Assembly (NCBI GenBank): GCA_043228905.1
Contig: JBHGNT010000007.1
Coordinates: 4,340,001-4,404,000, forward strand
Source: Azolla caroliniana
Lineage: Eukaryota; Plantae; Polypodiophyta
DNA length: 64,000 bases
Direction of reading: 5' to 3'
Shown here: one piece after another, positions 26,674-39,417 of the stretch
Position numbering within the stretch: the first letter of the stretch is position 1
Layout: each line of letters starts with the position of its first letter
Position numbers and translations under genes: made by a program
Notes under the pieces: model-generated
Database searches by the model: none
What the model saw: the letters and a program-made list of their open reading frames with translations, nothing else
What the model was told of the DNA's origin: nothing

Positions 26674-27084
26674 CTAGGGATGCTTCTTTTCATTTTCCTG
26701 CAGATGTTTCTTCACGGCTTTTATGCAAAACTTCACAAAAGGCAGTGGTAACTTCATGTGATTCATATATATCTCCAACCCCTTCAAGGTCATAACCGCG
26801 GGCTCTGGAGGATTCTTCTTTTGAGTTTCGTACTGATACACCATGAATTTGCAAAGCTGCAACTCATGCTGCAGCAGATTTCCAGGTTTATAAACGTTTT
26901 CTATCTCCTTCATCCACTGCGAATATTTGGCCTTACTAAGACGTCCAAACCCCTCCAAAAAACTCTTCCATGGAATCGTTGCTGCTTCTGCTGTGGCTGG
27001 GCGGTCAACACTTAATAATGGATTGCAGAGGATAGAGGCGATGAATAGCAGGAGCAGCAGGAACAGATGTGGTTTCATGGCCAT
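26674..27084 (-). CDS. Small secreted cationic 2-Cys protein, paralog 2 (136 aa)
   Basis: Same signal peptide; intact ORF; amphipathic IPWKSFLEGFGRLSKAK segment; LCKFMVYQY and LPLPFVKFC. Confidence 0.8.
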   Translation of the reverse strand: MAMKPHLFLLLLLFIASILCNPLLSVDRPATAEAATIPWKSFLEGFGRLSKAKYSQWMKEIENVYKPGNLLQHELQLCKFMVYQYETQKKNPPEPAVMTLKGLEIYMNHMKLPLPFVKFCIKAVKKHLQENEKKHP

Positions 27085-28249
27085 ATATATCTATTCTTCT
27101 TCAATCAGAAGAAGAAGAAAAAGGAACCACAAATTTCTGAAGAAGAAGAAGAAGAAGAAGAAGTGAGATTTTGGAACCACAAATTTCTGAAGAAGTTGGA
27201 TGGATGATATGCTATGAATGTATGTATGTCTCCAAAGATAACAATCCTGCAATGTGCCTTAAATACCTCTCCTAAAGCATCCAAAGAAGGTTCGTAGTCT
27301 AATCTTCTGGCTTCAATGTCATTCAAATATGTCCTGGTTAGATTGTGACACTTGATCTTATGTCCTTTTATTCCGAAGAAGTAAATTACGATTAGAGTTT
27401 TGTCTTGTTTCGTAGGAGTGATATGGTTTACGCATAATGGCATGACTCCATTCTACAAACGTATCAGACCAAGAAGATATTCAAACGCATATTGCAGTTT
27501 TTACGATTCAGACATCTCATCGAACAATAGGACTATTGACTCCATGTTGGGATGGCATCAAATATGATATGGGACGTTGTTGTTCTACATATGACTAATA
27601 TATGATGAGACTTTGTCTTGTTTCTCAAGAGAAATATGTTACACCCAATGTGTTCATTGAACCATACTATGTACTATCAACCAATACGTACCATACGTGC
27701 ATTCACATACGAGTATGTTTCGATCACTCGAGTATGGTAAACACCCTCGAAGTATGGTAAATACCATACTTTTTTGTATTCATTATTTACTATAAGGTAA
27801 ACCTTTTCTTTTGAAGGTACAAAAGTGAGAAAAAATAATTAAAAACATTAAAAGAAAAACATAAAGTGTGTTTTCATAACATATGCATTCGTTTGCAAAC
27901 GTTTTAGCTGAAGAATGTGAATATTACGTTCTATGCAAAGAAAAGTGGATGTTATGTCTCCAAAGGAAACAATCATGCAATGTGCCTTAAATACCACATG
28001 TAAAGTAGCAACCCATCATGCTCAATAGAATATTGCATCATAGATATCCATGGTTCATGTTGTTGACACATGTTTCATAATAATGCAAATCGACGATGTT
28101 TCATAATAATGCACAAACTAAAATAATCTATACTAGTTTGTGCAAGGGGTTAATGTGAATACGTCCATTAGACGATTGTATTCGACACTCCACCATAATG
28201 GGCGTATTACAAAAGAATCTACAAGAGTAAGAAAGAAAAATTAAATGCC

Positions 28250-29060
28250 AATACAACAAGAAATGATATGGTACGACTTCAGTCGTAGTCGGTCCAAAAT
28301 CACTTCTACACCCATTTGTGCCCGAATCGATCAAAACCGATCAGCCGAAATACTCTTCGTCATCCCATCTGCAACATTGTCAGTTGAGGAGAACTCTAGG
28401 CCGAGGTTTCCTTTGGTCACACAATTCCGAACAAAATGATATCAAACTTCGATACGCTTCGAGGCATTGCGATGAACTAGATTCTTCGCTAACACCAACC
28501 TGACTGTTCCTCAATACGACTGAAGCTGAATTCGGGTCGTCTTGCCGAAATGTGTAGGCTAGTCCACCGAGCCATAGTGCTTCTTTGGCCACATCAAATG
28601 CAACAACATATTCAACTTCGGTCGTGGAGGTAGTCGTACAATCCTAAAGTTTCGACCTCCATGAGATGGCTCCATGCCCGAATTGGAAGAGATATCTAGA
28701 TGTCGACTTTTGGTTGTCTAGGCAGCTGACAAAGTTTGAGTCGATATAGCCAACTAAGCCCAAAGGTTCATTCAGTCCGAAGTGGATGTCGAAGTCTTGT
28801 GTGCCAAGTAGATATATGAAGATATGCTTCACGGCTTTCTAGTGGTGTTCAACCGAGATTCTACATAAATCTACACTAACTTACAACTCCTACCGCATGC
28901 ACTATGTTTGGTCATGTCGTGACCATAGCGTACATGAAAGAGCCAATAGCCAATGTGTACAGTACTGACTTTATGTGATCCCTCTATCGAACAGTCTCTT
29001 TGACACAGCTAAAGGTTCCCAGGTAGAGGGGTCAAAGCAGATCGGGCTGACAGTATGTTG
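28250..29060 (-). mobile_element. Degenerate copia RT/RNase H fragment
   Basis: GYIDSNFVSCLDNQKSTSRYLFQFGHGAISWRSKL..TTSTTEVEY..AKEALWL. Confidence 0.85.
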
Positions 29061-29229
29061 AATCACTCAATGAAAGAGGCTTGTTTACAATGCCAATGTA
29101 TCATGACATGGGGAAAATGTGCCTCACACTACTACATATGTTGTACCAATCTACAAAACGATATTCTTTGCCAAATGAGGAAACTACACACATCAAGACA
29201 TGTTAAAGCCCATCCCATTATCTGCCATT

Positions 29230-31600
29230 TGAACCATTGCTTCTATTTGACTTAGATCACACTCACTATGATATGAGGAAGCGCGTTGGGACACAAGTGA
29301 TGAGAATAATCAACTATGCACAATTTCCCCTAAACAAGTAACCCTATGGATGCCAATCATCCCATAGTTGTTGTTCAATTAGTATAGGTAATAGACCTTG
29401 CATCACTCTTATTGTATGTAATTAATGCCAAATAAACCTATAATTCGGCGGAAAATGTAATAATCATCAAACTTGAAAAAAATCCAAAAATATTTGAGGA
29501 TTTGACCCCCCCAAAAACAAGATATAACAATAAGAGCACAATTTCGCATTTGCATGCCAATATAATAGTCGAGAAGACATGAGTAACTCCTTTTGCAAAG
29601 TGTTAGAATGCTCTATAATATATGAAGTTGCCATAAAAAGAAAGGTGACACTTTATGCCATGAGACAACAAAGTGTTGAGCACATGAAAAATGAGGAAAT
29701 TTAAGAGGAATGTTTCCATTAAGTAATTGCCACTATGATGTCCTAATCATTGTCCACCCATGGGTTACACCCTCTTTCTCAATGAAATATCTAACACTAA
29801 ATATCCACAGTTATGAGTGTGAACACATGTCTTCAAATAAAGCAAACTTGCGACCCATCATATGGGTATATATAGCTAATAAGACCAGTTTTGTAACTCC
29901 TTCTAAGCACTTAGGGGTTGTTAGGTTGTTCCACAAGTCCACCCAATGTTACAAGCAATGACCATATAATATCCCGTGGTATTTATCGTAGTATTCTATA
30001 CATGTGGATAAGTGTGAGGGTTAAATGAGAGTGTAAAGAAGGGGAGGATTACTTTTAATCCTCGGGATTGAGACAACCCATTAGGCAAAGTGTGAACTTG
30101 CCTAGGGGCCACGTTGTCACGAAGTTACGCGAGTGCATGTGAAATCTAAGCGGGACGACCGAGGACTTGAACCGAAGAGGATGGGTTGACTTGGAGGACG
30201 CGAACGTTTGGAGACTCGAAAGCTCTTCAGAATCGAAAGCTTGTCGAAGTCAAAGGCTCTTCAAAGTCAAAAGGGAGCGACGAGTTGAACAACTATTAAT
30301 GCAGGTGATTAGTATCAAAATACATTATTGGCATAAGGAACATAAGATTATGAATAGTTTTAACACAAGACTAGACTTATGTTCCTTATGCCAATCACGT
30401 ATGCAACGTCTCCGTGAGGCCTTATACATTGGCGAAGAAGAGGTACGCAATGATGGTCAGCGCCATAGCCAAGTTCTTGATTAAAAAAGGTCATTTGTTT
30501 AGGCGGAACGCGATATATTAAAAAAAGAAAATTCCTTTATCAAGTAGGGGGCACAAAATGTTTGAAGGGATTAAGTACAACATCATAAACCCTCAAGTTA
30601 GAAAAAAAAGATATAAAGGAAATAAACCTAACCTCTCATGAAGATGATAAAGAAGAAAACTCTAAAATCTCAACTATCTTGAGAACACAAAGAAGAAGCA
30701 GATAAGAGTATACAAAGAAGATAAGATCACGAGTAGAGCTTTCAAGGGATATCTTGGTGTTTCAGTAACGACGTCTCAAGTTTCAACGAATGATGGGCAC
30801 ATCGCCTTTTGTCGTTGTCGATCTCACACGTCCTCTTAATTCGCAACCCTAGCTCTCTCACTTCAGTTTTCGGCACCACGTCTTAACCTCTAACCTCCAA
30901 CTCGTAGCACGTGCTTTTACCAATTGAGCTAAGCCTCTTTGTTGTATTCAACTCCAACTTATGACATTTCTTTCTTACCACACCCTTAATCTATCATTCA
31001 ACCTTAAATTTAATATCGCTAATTTAACTTTATTTCCCCTATGCATTTCCTACATCACGACAACGTGATCCCTATCTTATCCATCTTGGATGCAAAAGGG
31101 AATGCAAAGCCTTCTTCGTTCATAATAGCAACTACAGAAAATATAATATCATGGGTTGGGTTTCTTTGCCTTGAAACTAAACAGAACCATTTATAGAAAA
31201 ACAAAAGCCCAAAAAATTTGTTTATGAACTCCCAAGCCACTTAAAGTAAACCATTTAAGAAAAATATAAACCAAACTCTTCAAAGAAAAGTTGAAACCAA
31301 ACCGAACCGTTTATTTACAAACTTAAAGCTAACCATTTAAGTCAAATGGATTAAAAACTTAAATAAATAAAAATATATTAAATTAAATAAACATTTAAGT
31401 TAAATTAGTTAAATCAATAAATAAAAAAATATTAATTAAATCATTCAAGAAATAGAAAAAAGTTAACAAAAAACCTATAAACCAAACTAGTTAAACCAAT
31501 AAACAAGAGTCTTAGAACCAGAACAAACTAAAGCCAAAACCATCGAAACTAGGGTGATAATAATAAATAACTAAATTTAAATATCTACTTATATTATATT
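29230..31600. repeat. Segmental duplicate of ~39990-42480 (includes a tRNA-like stretch and a hAT MITE remnant)
   Basis: Long collinear similarity, e.g. 29560-29930 vs 40355-40710 and 30540-31550 vs 41090-41960. Confidence 0.85.
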
Positions 31601-31617
31601 TATATTTATATTTATAC

Positions 31618-32200
31618 ATCTTTTTCTCCCATAGGCAAGTGCTTCTTTGCAAACCATACCATTACCATCAATTACTCCACATATAATCAGCCTTCTCAAG
31701 TGGTTCCCAAAAGAGAGATGTATTTACTATTTTTGCTCCATTCAATGATCGATAGGTAACTATTCCTGTAGGTTCAGATAAATTTATCTCCTTGTTGGAT
31801 TTAGAATGTACACACTACAAACTGTAGGTTCAGATAAATTTGTTTCCTTGTTGGATTTAGAATGTACACACTACAAGCTGTAGGTTCAAATAAATTTATC
31901 TCCTTGTTGGATTTAGAATGTACACACTACAAAGTACATGATATTGTTTCCTTCTTCATTCCCTGGAATTGTAAGGGTAATGCATCTAACAAGTTGCTCC
32001 TCTCATCACATGGCAAGTTCCTCTATAGGTTAAGAATTATTCATGTGCTCTCTAGAGCTCATGAATGTTGTTTCTTAAGAAGTTCGTTAAATAATCTCAA
32101 TAAATTGTGTGAATGAATTGAACATGTTCTTCTATAGGTTAAACATTATTCTGGTGCTCTTTAGATCTCATGAGTTGTTGTTTCTTAAGAATTTTGTTTA
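31618..32200 (-). pseudogene. Second deleted duplicate of the ET last exon and intron 2, with an internal 3 x 56-bp tandem (31766-31933)
   Basis: Matches 47052-47343, then 48326-48558; the 56-bp unit disrupts the frame. Confidence 0.85.
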
Positions 32201-32340
32201 ATAATTAAATGTAATCATACACATCTCAATCAATTGTGTGGATGAATTGAACATGGATTATGAGTTAACCTAATTTTTGCACCACGTATTGTACCAAAAT
32301 TATATATAGTATTACCATCATTCAACTAAACATATAACAA

Positions 32341-32925
32341 ATGTACTCCAATTATTCCACTGAGTTTGTTTGTTCTTCATTTGGGAGAAACAAGCAAGGG
32401 CAAATAGTGGATCTTAGCACACAAATGTACTCCAATTATTCCACTAAGTTTGTTTGTTCTTCATTTGGGAGAAACAAGCAAGGGCAAATAGTGGATCTTA
32501 GCACACAAATGTACTCCAATTATTCCACTGAGTTTGTTTGTTCTTCATTTGGGAGAAACAAGCAAGGGCAAATAGTGGATCTTAGCACACAAATGTACTC
32601 CAATTATTCCACTGAGTTTGTTTGTTCTTCATTTGGGAGAAACAAGCAAGGGCAAATAGTGGATCTTAGCACACAAATGTACTCCAATTATTCCACTAAG
32701 TTTGTTTGTTCTTCATTTGGGAGAAACAAGCAAGGGCAAATAGTGGATCTTAGCACACAAATGTACTCCAATTATTCCACTGAGTTTGTTTGTTCTTCAT
32801 TTGGGAGAAACAAGCAAGGGCAAATAGTGGATCTTAGCACACAAATGTACTCCAATTATTCCACTGAGTTTGTTTGTTCTTCATTTGGGAGAAACAAGCA
32901 AGGGCAAATAGTGGATCTTAGCACT
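32341..32925. repeat. Tandem array of 7 x 84 bp, near-perfect
   Basis: Unit ATGTACTCCAATTATTCCACTRAG...CTTAGCACACAA; a single copy sits at 25361-25440. Confidence 0.97.
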
Positions 32926-34172
32926 GATTACACAATGCAATTGGATCGACGAAGTATGTTACATTCCACCCCAAGAGAGCCTCTAATTGCAACACAACAA
33001 AAGCACACAGAAGTGTACCTCATTTGTCTTTGGAGGTTGAAGACAATAATCATTCATGGTCACCTCCAAATTGTGAGCAATGTATTATTGTGGTGTATCT
33101 TAATTAATGTGGCTCAAAAAGGTTGACATACATTGTCTGATTCAATGATGGAACTTTGTCATGTTAAAAAGTAGTAGTAGCAATGTATTATGCCTAACTC
33201 ACCCCCTTCTACAAAGATAATAATTGGGGATGTATTCAAGAACTTGGTGCAATTTTGGATGACATTATAAAATAGAACCACCATTTTATAAAAGAGATAG
33301 GTATGAATGACTCGATTTCGGGTGCATCAAGTAGAATAATTAGTTGTTATAAGCTAATGGTATCAACGTGTCAATTTGGTGGATATTCTTAGAAATTCTA
33401 GCCATTTTTGAATCACAATCATGTTTCCACACTTAGCTAGTAAAAACTATTTTATCAATGTTGTGGGTAAATCGTTGTGGAGATGTGCTTTTAAGAAGAA
33501 CTAAACCATGAAGAGGTTTACAATGACAACATATGTTAGACTATCCAAAAGTGAACCGAATCGATGAGCTTTTTTTAAGAAGAACTAAATCGTGATAAGA
33601 TTTTTACATGACAACATATACAAGTCATGCATGATAGACTATCGAGAACTAAATCATGAGAAGTCGCATCGCTTCTTATAAACAAAATCCAAAGGAAATG
33701 GTTGCACCATAGTATGAACCAAATGTACCATATGTGCATTCGCAGTCGAGTATGTTGCAATCATTCGAGTATGGTAAACACTCTCGAAGCATATAGAAAT
33801 ACCCTAATTTTGGATTTTCATTAGTTACTATAATGTAAAACTCTTTTTAAAGTAAACCCCCATTTACATACATATATAGTAGAATGGAAGGAGAATACTG
33901 CTACAATAACACATCATCTCCCATTGATAAAGCTTCTTTATTCAGATGTGATGGAAGCTATGTTTATGCTATTGTGAAATGAAGCTATGTTTATGCTACT
34001 GTGAAATGCAGGGACAACACACAAACACTATGAACATGTCAAATGACCTGATAATGGAAAGAGAGGAAGCTTTAGGCATGAGAGTTTAGAGATAACTGAG
34101 ACAGAAAAGCTTAATTTTAGCCTAAATTCGCCACTTAAATTTGAGCTAAATCAGGCCTGCCTCCCCCCACCC

Positions 34173-34571
34173 CTAGGGATGCTTCTTTTCATATTCCTCC
34201 ACGGCTTTTATGCAAAACTTCACAAAAGGCAGTGGTAACTTCATGTATTTCATATACATCTCCAACCCCTTCAAGGTCATAGCCATGGGTTCTCCAGCAT
34301 TCTTCTTCTTTTGCGTTACGTAATTATACACCAGCTGTTTGCAAACCTGCGACTGACGCTGCAAATTTTTAGCTTTACTAACATTTTCTATCTCCTTAAT
34401 CCACTGCGAATATTTGGCCTTACTAAGACGTCCAAACCCCTCCAAAAAACTCTTCCATGGAATCGTTGCTGCTTCTGCTGTGGCTGGGCGGTCAACACTT
34501 AATAATGGATTGCAGAGGATAGAGGCGATGAATAGCAGGAGGAGCAGGAACAGATGTGGTTTCATGGCCAT
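34173..34571 (-). CDS. Small secreted cationic 2-Cys protein, paralog 3 (132 aa)
   Basis: First ~64 aa nearly identical to paralog 2; VCKQLVYNY and LPLPFVKFC; intact ORF. Confidence 0.8.
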   Translation of the reverse strand: MAMKPHLFLLLLLFIASILCNPLLSVDRPATAEAATIPWKSFLEGFGRLSKAKYSQWIKEIENVSKAKNLQRQSQVCKQLVYNYVTQKKKNAGEPMAMTLKGLEMYMKYMKLPLPFVKFCIKAVEEYEKKHP

Positions 34572-35829
34572 ATATATCTATTCTTCTTCAATCAGACGAA
34601 AAAGAAGAAGAAGAAGAAGAAGAAGAAGAAGAAGGAACCACAAATTTCTGAAGAAGAAGAAGAAGAAGAAGAAGAAGTGAGATTTTGGAAGTGTGAATTT
34701 AGTGTGTGTTTTTTTGGAAAGAAAGCTTCTTAATTGTAAAAATTGAAGTGAGGTTTTTGTGAATATGATTATATGTGTTTTGGAAGAATAGCTTCTTAAA
34801 TTTTACACACCCAATAGAGAAATAACAATCTTGTGTGTGTTTTGTGTGTGTGTGTTTTGGATGATACCAATCAATGCAAATATGCCTTAAATACCCCTCT
34901 CATCTCGTAAAGCATTGAAAGGTTGTTTAGTCTTCTGGCTTCACCGCCCATTCAATTGACCCGATGTCCGTTTATTCCAAAGAAGTACATAAAATTATCT
35001 TGTTTATCTTGTTTCGTAGGAGTAATATGTTCTTACACGTAATGGAATGACCCCATTCTACACACATTATCCAATCAAGGAGATATATTCTAAAAGTTTA
35101 TCGCACTTTATGATGGTCACATCTGATTGAGCAATAGGACTATTGAATGCAACTTGGGATGGCATCAAATAGAACGGGTCGTTGTTCTATAGAAGCTTAT
35201 ATATGAATAAGACTTTGTCTTGTTTCACATAAGAAATATGTTACAACTTACACATAGTGTTCAACAAACTTTTTGATTGTTAGTTTCAAAGAAGTTTCTT
35301 ATCACACCCGGTGAAATAAACACAAAAGACAAGTGGATGTTATATTCTTTTTTGGAAAAAAAAAGAAAGACAAGTGGATGTTATATTCTTTTTTTGGAAA
35401 AAAAAAGAAAGACAAGTGGATGGATGTTATGCCTCAAAAGATCATATGTGGTGTGCTTTACCACTCATAAAGTATGGAAAGGTTGTAGTCTAGTCTTCTA
35501 GGTTCAACGCCATTCAAAATGTCCTCGTTTGATTGTGACATTTGACATGATGTCCTTGTATTCCAAAGAAGTAAACTATGATGAGAGTTTGCCTTGTTTC
35601 GTAGGAGTAATATGTTTTGCACATGATGGCATGACTCCATTCTACAAACGTTATCCAACCAAGGAGATATTCTAAAGCGTATTGCAATTTATGATGGTCA
35701 CATCTCATTGAACAATAGGACTAATGATTGCAAGTTGGGATGGCATCAAACCATACGTGCATTCGCATTCAAGTACGTTTCAATCATTCGAGCACGGTAA
35801 ATACCATACTTTTGTATTCATTATTCACC

Positions 35830-38320
35830 ATTTGGGAGTAGCCAAATGGTCCCATGAAATCCATGTAACTCTTATCATTTCTCCCTTTTGCCACAACATG
35901 AACCAAAGAGGTTGCAACAATATTTGTAATGCCTTCTTAGTCCAAGGTAAGTAATGGTAAAAAATATAATATTATATATATCAAAATGCATTGCAACACT
36001 TCCAATCGTACATGAAAGGGCCATAATTAAGACTTCCAATACATAAATTTGGCCTTTAATTTACTATAAATTAGTCAATTAGTTGAACATTTGCAACATC
36101 ATCAGCACCCAATGGATATCCCAAATGTTGATAAATTGATCCTCGTGTAATCATTGACCCTTGTCATCCCAAACATTCCAAATCACTCTTTGTACCACAA
36201 ATAAGGCAAGACTTATTCCCATTTATGTGTAGTCCTAAAGCCAAGGCATATGGTCCCAAACTTCCATACTCCTTTCAAGATTTCTTTTTTAGGTTTGTAG
36301 AAACATAAAAGAATTATCAACCAAAGCTTGTGCCACCAATTGTCTACCAGAAGCAAGATGCAAACCCACAATATAACCACTAGCTGCAAGATTAGATAAC
36401 CGTACTAACAAAGGTGTGTAACAATAGCAAATAGCAATAGACTTTGTGGACATCCTTGACGCACGGATTTAGTAAGAAAAACTTTTAGAGCAACTCCATC
36501 ATTAAGCATCACACGAGATGTTACATTTTGCCATAGCAAAAAGATAAGTTGACACATACGAGGACAAAACCCATATTATATAACACACCAGAGAGAAAAT
36601 ACCAATTAATACAATCATATGCTTTTTCGAAATATAATTACACCATAACCATTTCTTGATATATATGTTGAGCATAATCGTATTATGCAATATATTTCTA
36701 CTTGTATTAAGATATGTGAATAAATTGAGGTAAGAACATCTCAAGTATGTTGGATATTGTCTTTGCAAACACTTTGTACAACCCTCCCATCAATGAAATG
36801 AGCATCCATTGATGAAATGACTCCAAAGGTGGTACCTTTGGTATCAAATTGGTTAGTTCCACTTTCCAACCCTTGAGCATGAAATTAGAATCTCAACATT
36901 GTTGAAACATTTGCATGAATGGACTCTTAGAATGTAACCACACTTTTTTAAAACTTCATTTGTAATACTATTCCAACAAGAGCTTTTACCATTTGTAACA
37001 CACCCAACTACATTATAAAACTATTGTCGTACTTTCAACAGATTCTCATTAATAATCAACTCAAGCCCAATCAAATTCTTAAAATGAGAAATACATAACT
37101 CAATAACCTTGACTACGTCTACAATAATGTCATCTCCTATCTTAATTTGCACCACATTCAAACGAGCATATGGTCTTAATCCTTGAAAAAACATATGAGA
37201 TTGTGATTGATTATCTATAAATCCCTCTTGTGATGGATGTAGTCTTGCCTTCTATAACTTTAACTCTACAAATTCTTCACAATGTCTTATGATTGAACTT
37301 GAAGATCCAAAAGCTCTCTATCATGGGATTATTCATCAATAGTGCATTGCATCGTATAAGAATATGTGAAAACTTATCAATCAATTGCTTACATATTTTA
37401 GCATTAATCATACCATACATACGTTAAATATCATTGAAGTTTTTTAATGTTGTATCCCATGCACGCCATCCTTCTGAATTAACATGTTTTGAAAACATGC
37501 CAAAGATTTGTTGCATATATAGGCATTAAATAAGGAATGAAATAATAAAGAAGAATTAAACCTTAAATGAACTTTGTTAGACAATGTTTTATACACATGT
37601 AGCACATGTTTATTAAACTCAAAACAAATGGGGAAATTATTTGAGGCGACAACCTCTTGCACAATTGACATATAAAGTATCTCTAGCAAAAAATGACTCA
37701 TAATGCATAACATACATTTGTCCAACCTACTCCATGTTTCCTTATATTCCATAGATTGAAATGTAAACCCGAGTTTATCTTGATGCAACCATTCCATACA
37801 TCCAACTTCATAACCTTTGATGTCAATCTATCCCAAACTGCTTGGTCAAAAGAATCCATCAATGAGAATCAAGAAGTAAATTGTGACGCATCAACAAACA
37901 TATTAATATGACCCATCAACAAAATAGCACGATCCACTGATAACCTTGGATACATAGATGACCATAACTCAATGTGTTGATTAACATTGTTGGGTGTATA
38001 AATTCCTACTAAGCATATCAAAACCTCGAAGTACTTGACTTCCATCGCCAAAAAGCATCCATGTGAATCATTATAGACTATATATAGACAAAACAAATCA
38101 CAAATAATCATAATTATGCCTAAATAATGATGTGATAATTGATGTATGCACAATATGCAAAATATCCACGTAAATGTAACATAGATCCTGCTAAATCATG
38201 ACACTTATGTTCAACCACACATAAAACATCACATTCCTTCAAATAAAGTTTTTCGTAATATATATTGCTTATGAGGAGAAGATGCCCCTCACACATTCCA
38301 TGATAGCACTTTCATTTAAC
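35830..38320 (-). mobile_element. Degenerate L1-like LINE (APE endonuclease and downstream pol remnants)
   Basis: VLSWNV at ~38300, VGIYTPNN..LWSS..ILLMGHINM, FTFQS..WSRLDK; many stops. Confidence 0.7.
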
Positions 38321-38461
38321 ACCAATCAAGTGTATGCATAAATGTACTTTTCCTTAAGAATTTTCTCTTTATGAGCAAGTGTATACATAAATGCACTAAC
38401 TACTATACACATAAATGTACTAACTACTTGTTAAAGAGCTACATTAAGGATTTGTGTGTAC

Positions 38462-38675
38462 TAGGGATCGGCAACGATTCAGTTTAGGCTTCGCCAACCA
38501 AACCGGTTAAGCCTAAACTGTTTTGGGGTTCTCAAACCAAAACCAAACTGATCCCTAAACCGGTTTGGAAACCTCTCTCTCTCTCCTCATCTGTGTAGTC
38601 TCCCTCTCTCTCTCTCTCCTCCTCTGTGTAGTCTCCCTCACACACACACACACTCTGTCTTTCTCCTCTGTGTAG

Positions 38676-38716
<41 letters not shown>

Positions 38717-39417
38717 GTCTATGTAGTTTCCCTCTCTCACACACACACTCTGACTCTCTCATCTGTGTAGTCTCTCTCTCTCTCTCCTCGTCTGTGTAGT
38801 TTCCCTCTCTCACACACACACACTCTCTGACTCTCTCATCTGTGTACTCTCTCTCTCTCTCTCTCCTCGTCTGTGTAGTTTCCCTCTCTCACACACACAC
38901 ACTCTCTGACTCTCTCATCTGTGTACTCTCTCTCTCTCTCTCTCCTCGTCTGTGTAGTTTCCCTCTCACACACACTCTCTCTGACTCTCTCATCTGTGTA
39001 CTCTCTCTCTCTCTCCTCGTCTGTGTAGTTTCCCTCTCACACACACACACACACACACACATACTCTCTACTGTGTACTCTCTCTCTCTCTCTCTCCTCG
39101 TTTGTGTAGTTTCCCTCTCTCTCACACACTCTCCGACTCTCTCATTTGTGTACTCTCTCTCTCCTCGTCCGTGTAGTCTCCCTCACACACGCACACTCTA
39201 TAACTCTCTCATCTGTGAACTTTGTCTCTCTCTCTCCTCGTCTGTGTAGTTTCCCTCACACACACACACACACACACTCTAACTCTCTCATCTGTGTACT
39301 CTCTCAAGTTTTTAAGCGGCTTAACCGGTTTGGCCAGGCTCAACCCGAGCCGAGCCGCCAAGCCGCCAAGCCATTAAAAATCGGTTTAAGCTTGAGCCGA
39401 GCTGTTGCCGATCCCTA
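38462..39417. mobile_element. hAT-type MITE with an internal CT/CA compound tandem array
   Basis: TIR TAGGGATCGGCAAC / GTTGCCGATCCCTA; TSD GTGTGTAC/ATGTGTAC. Confidence 0.9.

Noticed and set aside
32341-32925. CRISPR array
   Set aside because: Contiguous identical units with no unique spacers, no cas genes, eukaryotic context
32341-33126. 261-aa repeat protein as a real gene
   Set aside because: The open frame is explained by the 84-bp unit length; the downstream part diverges from the sister copy like non-coding DNA; no motif recognised
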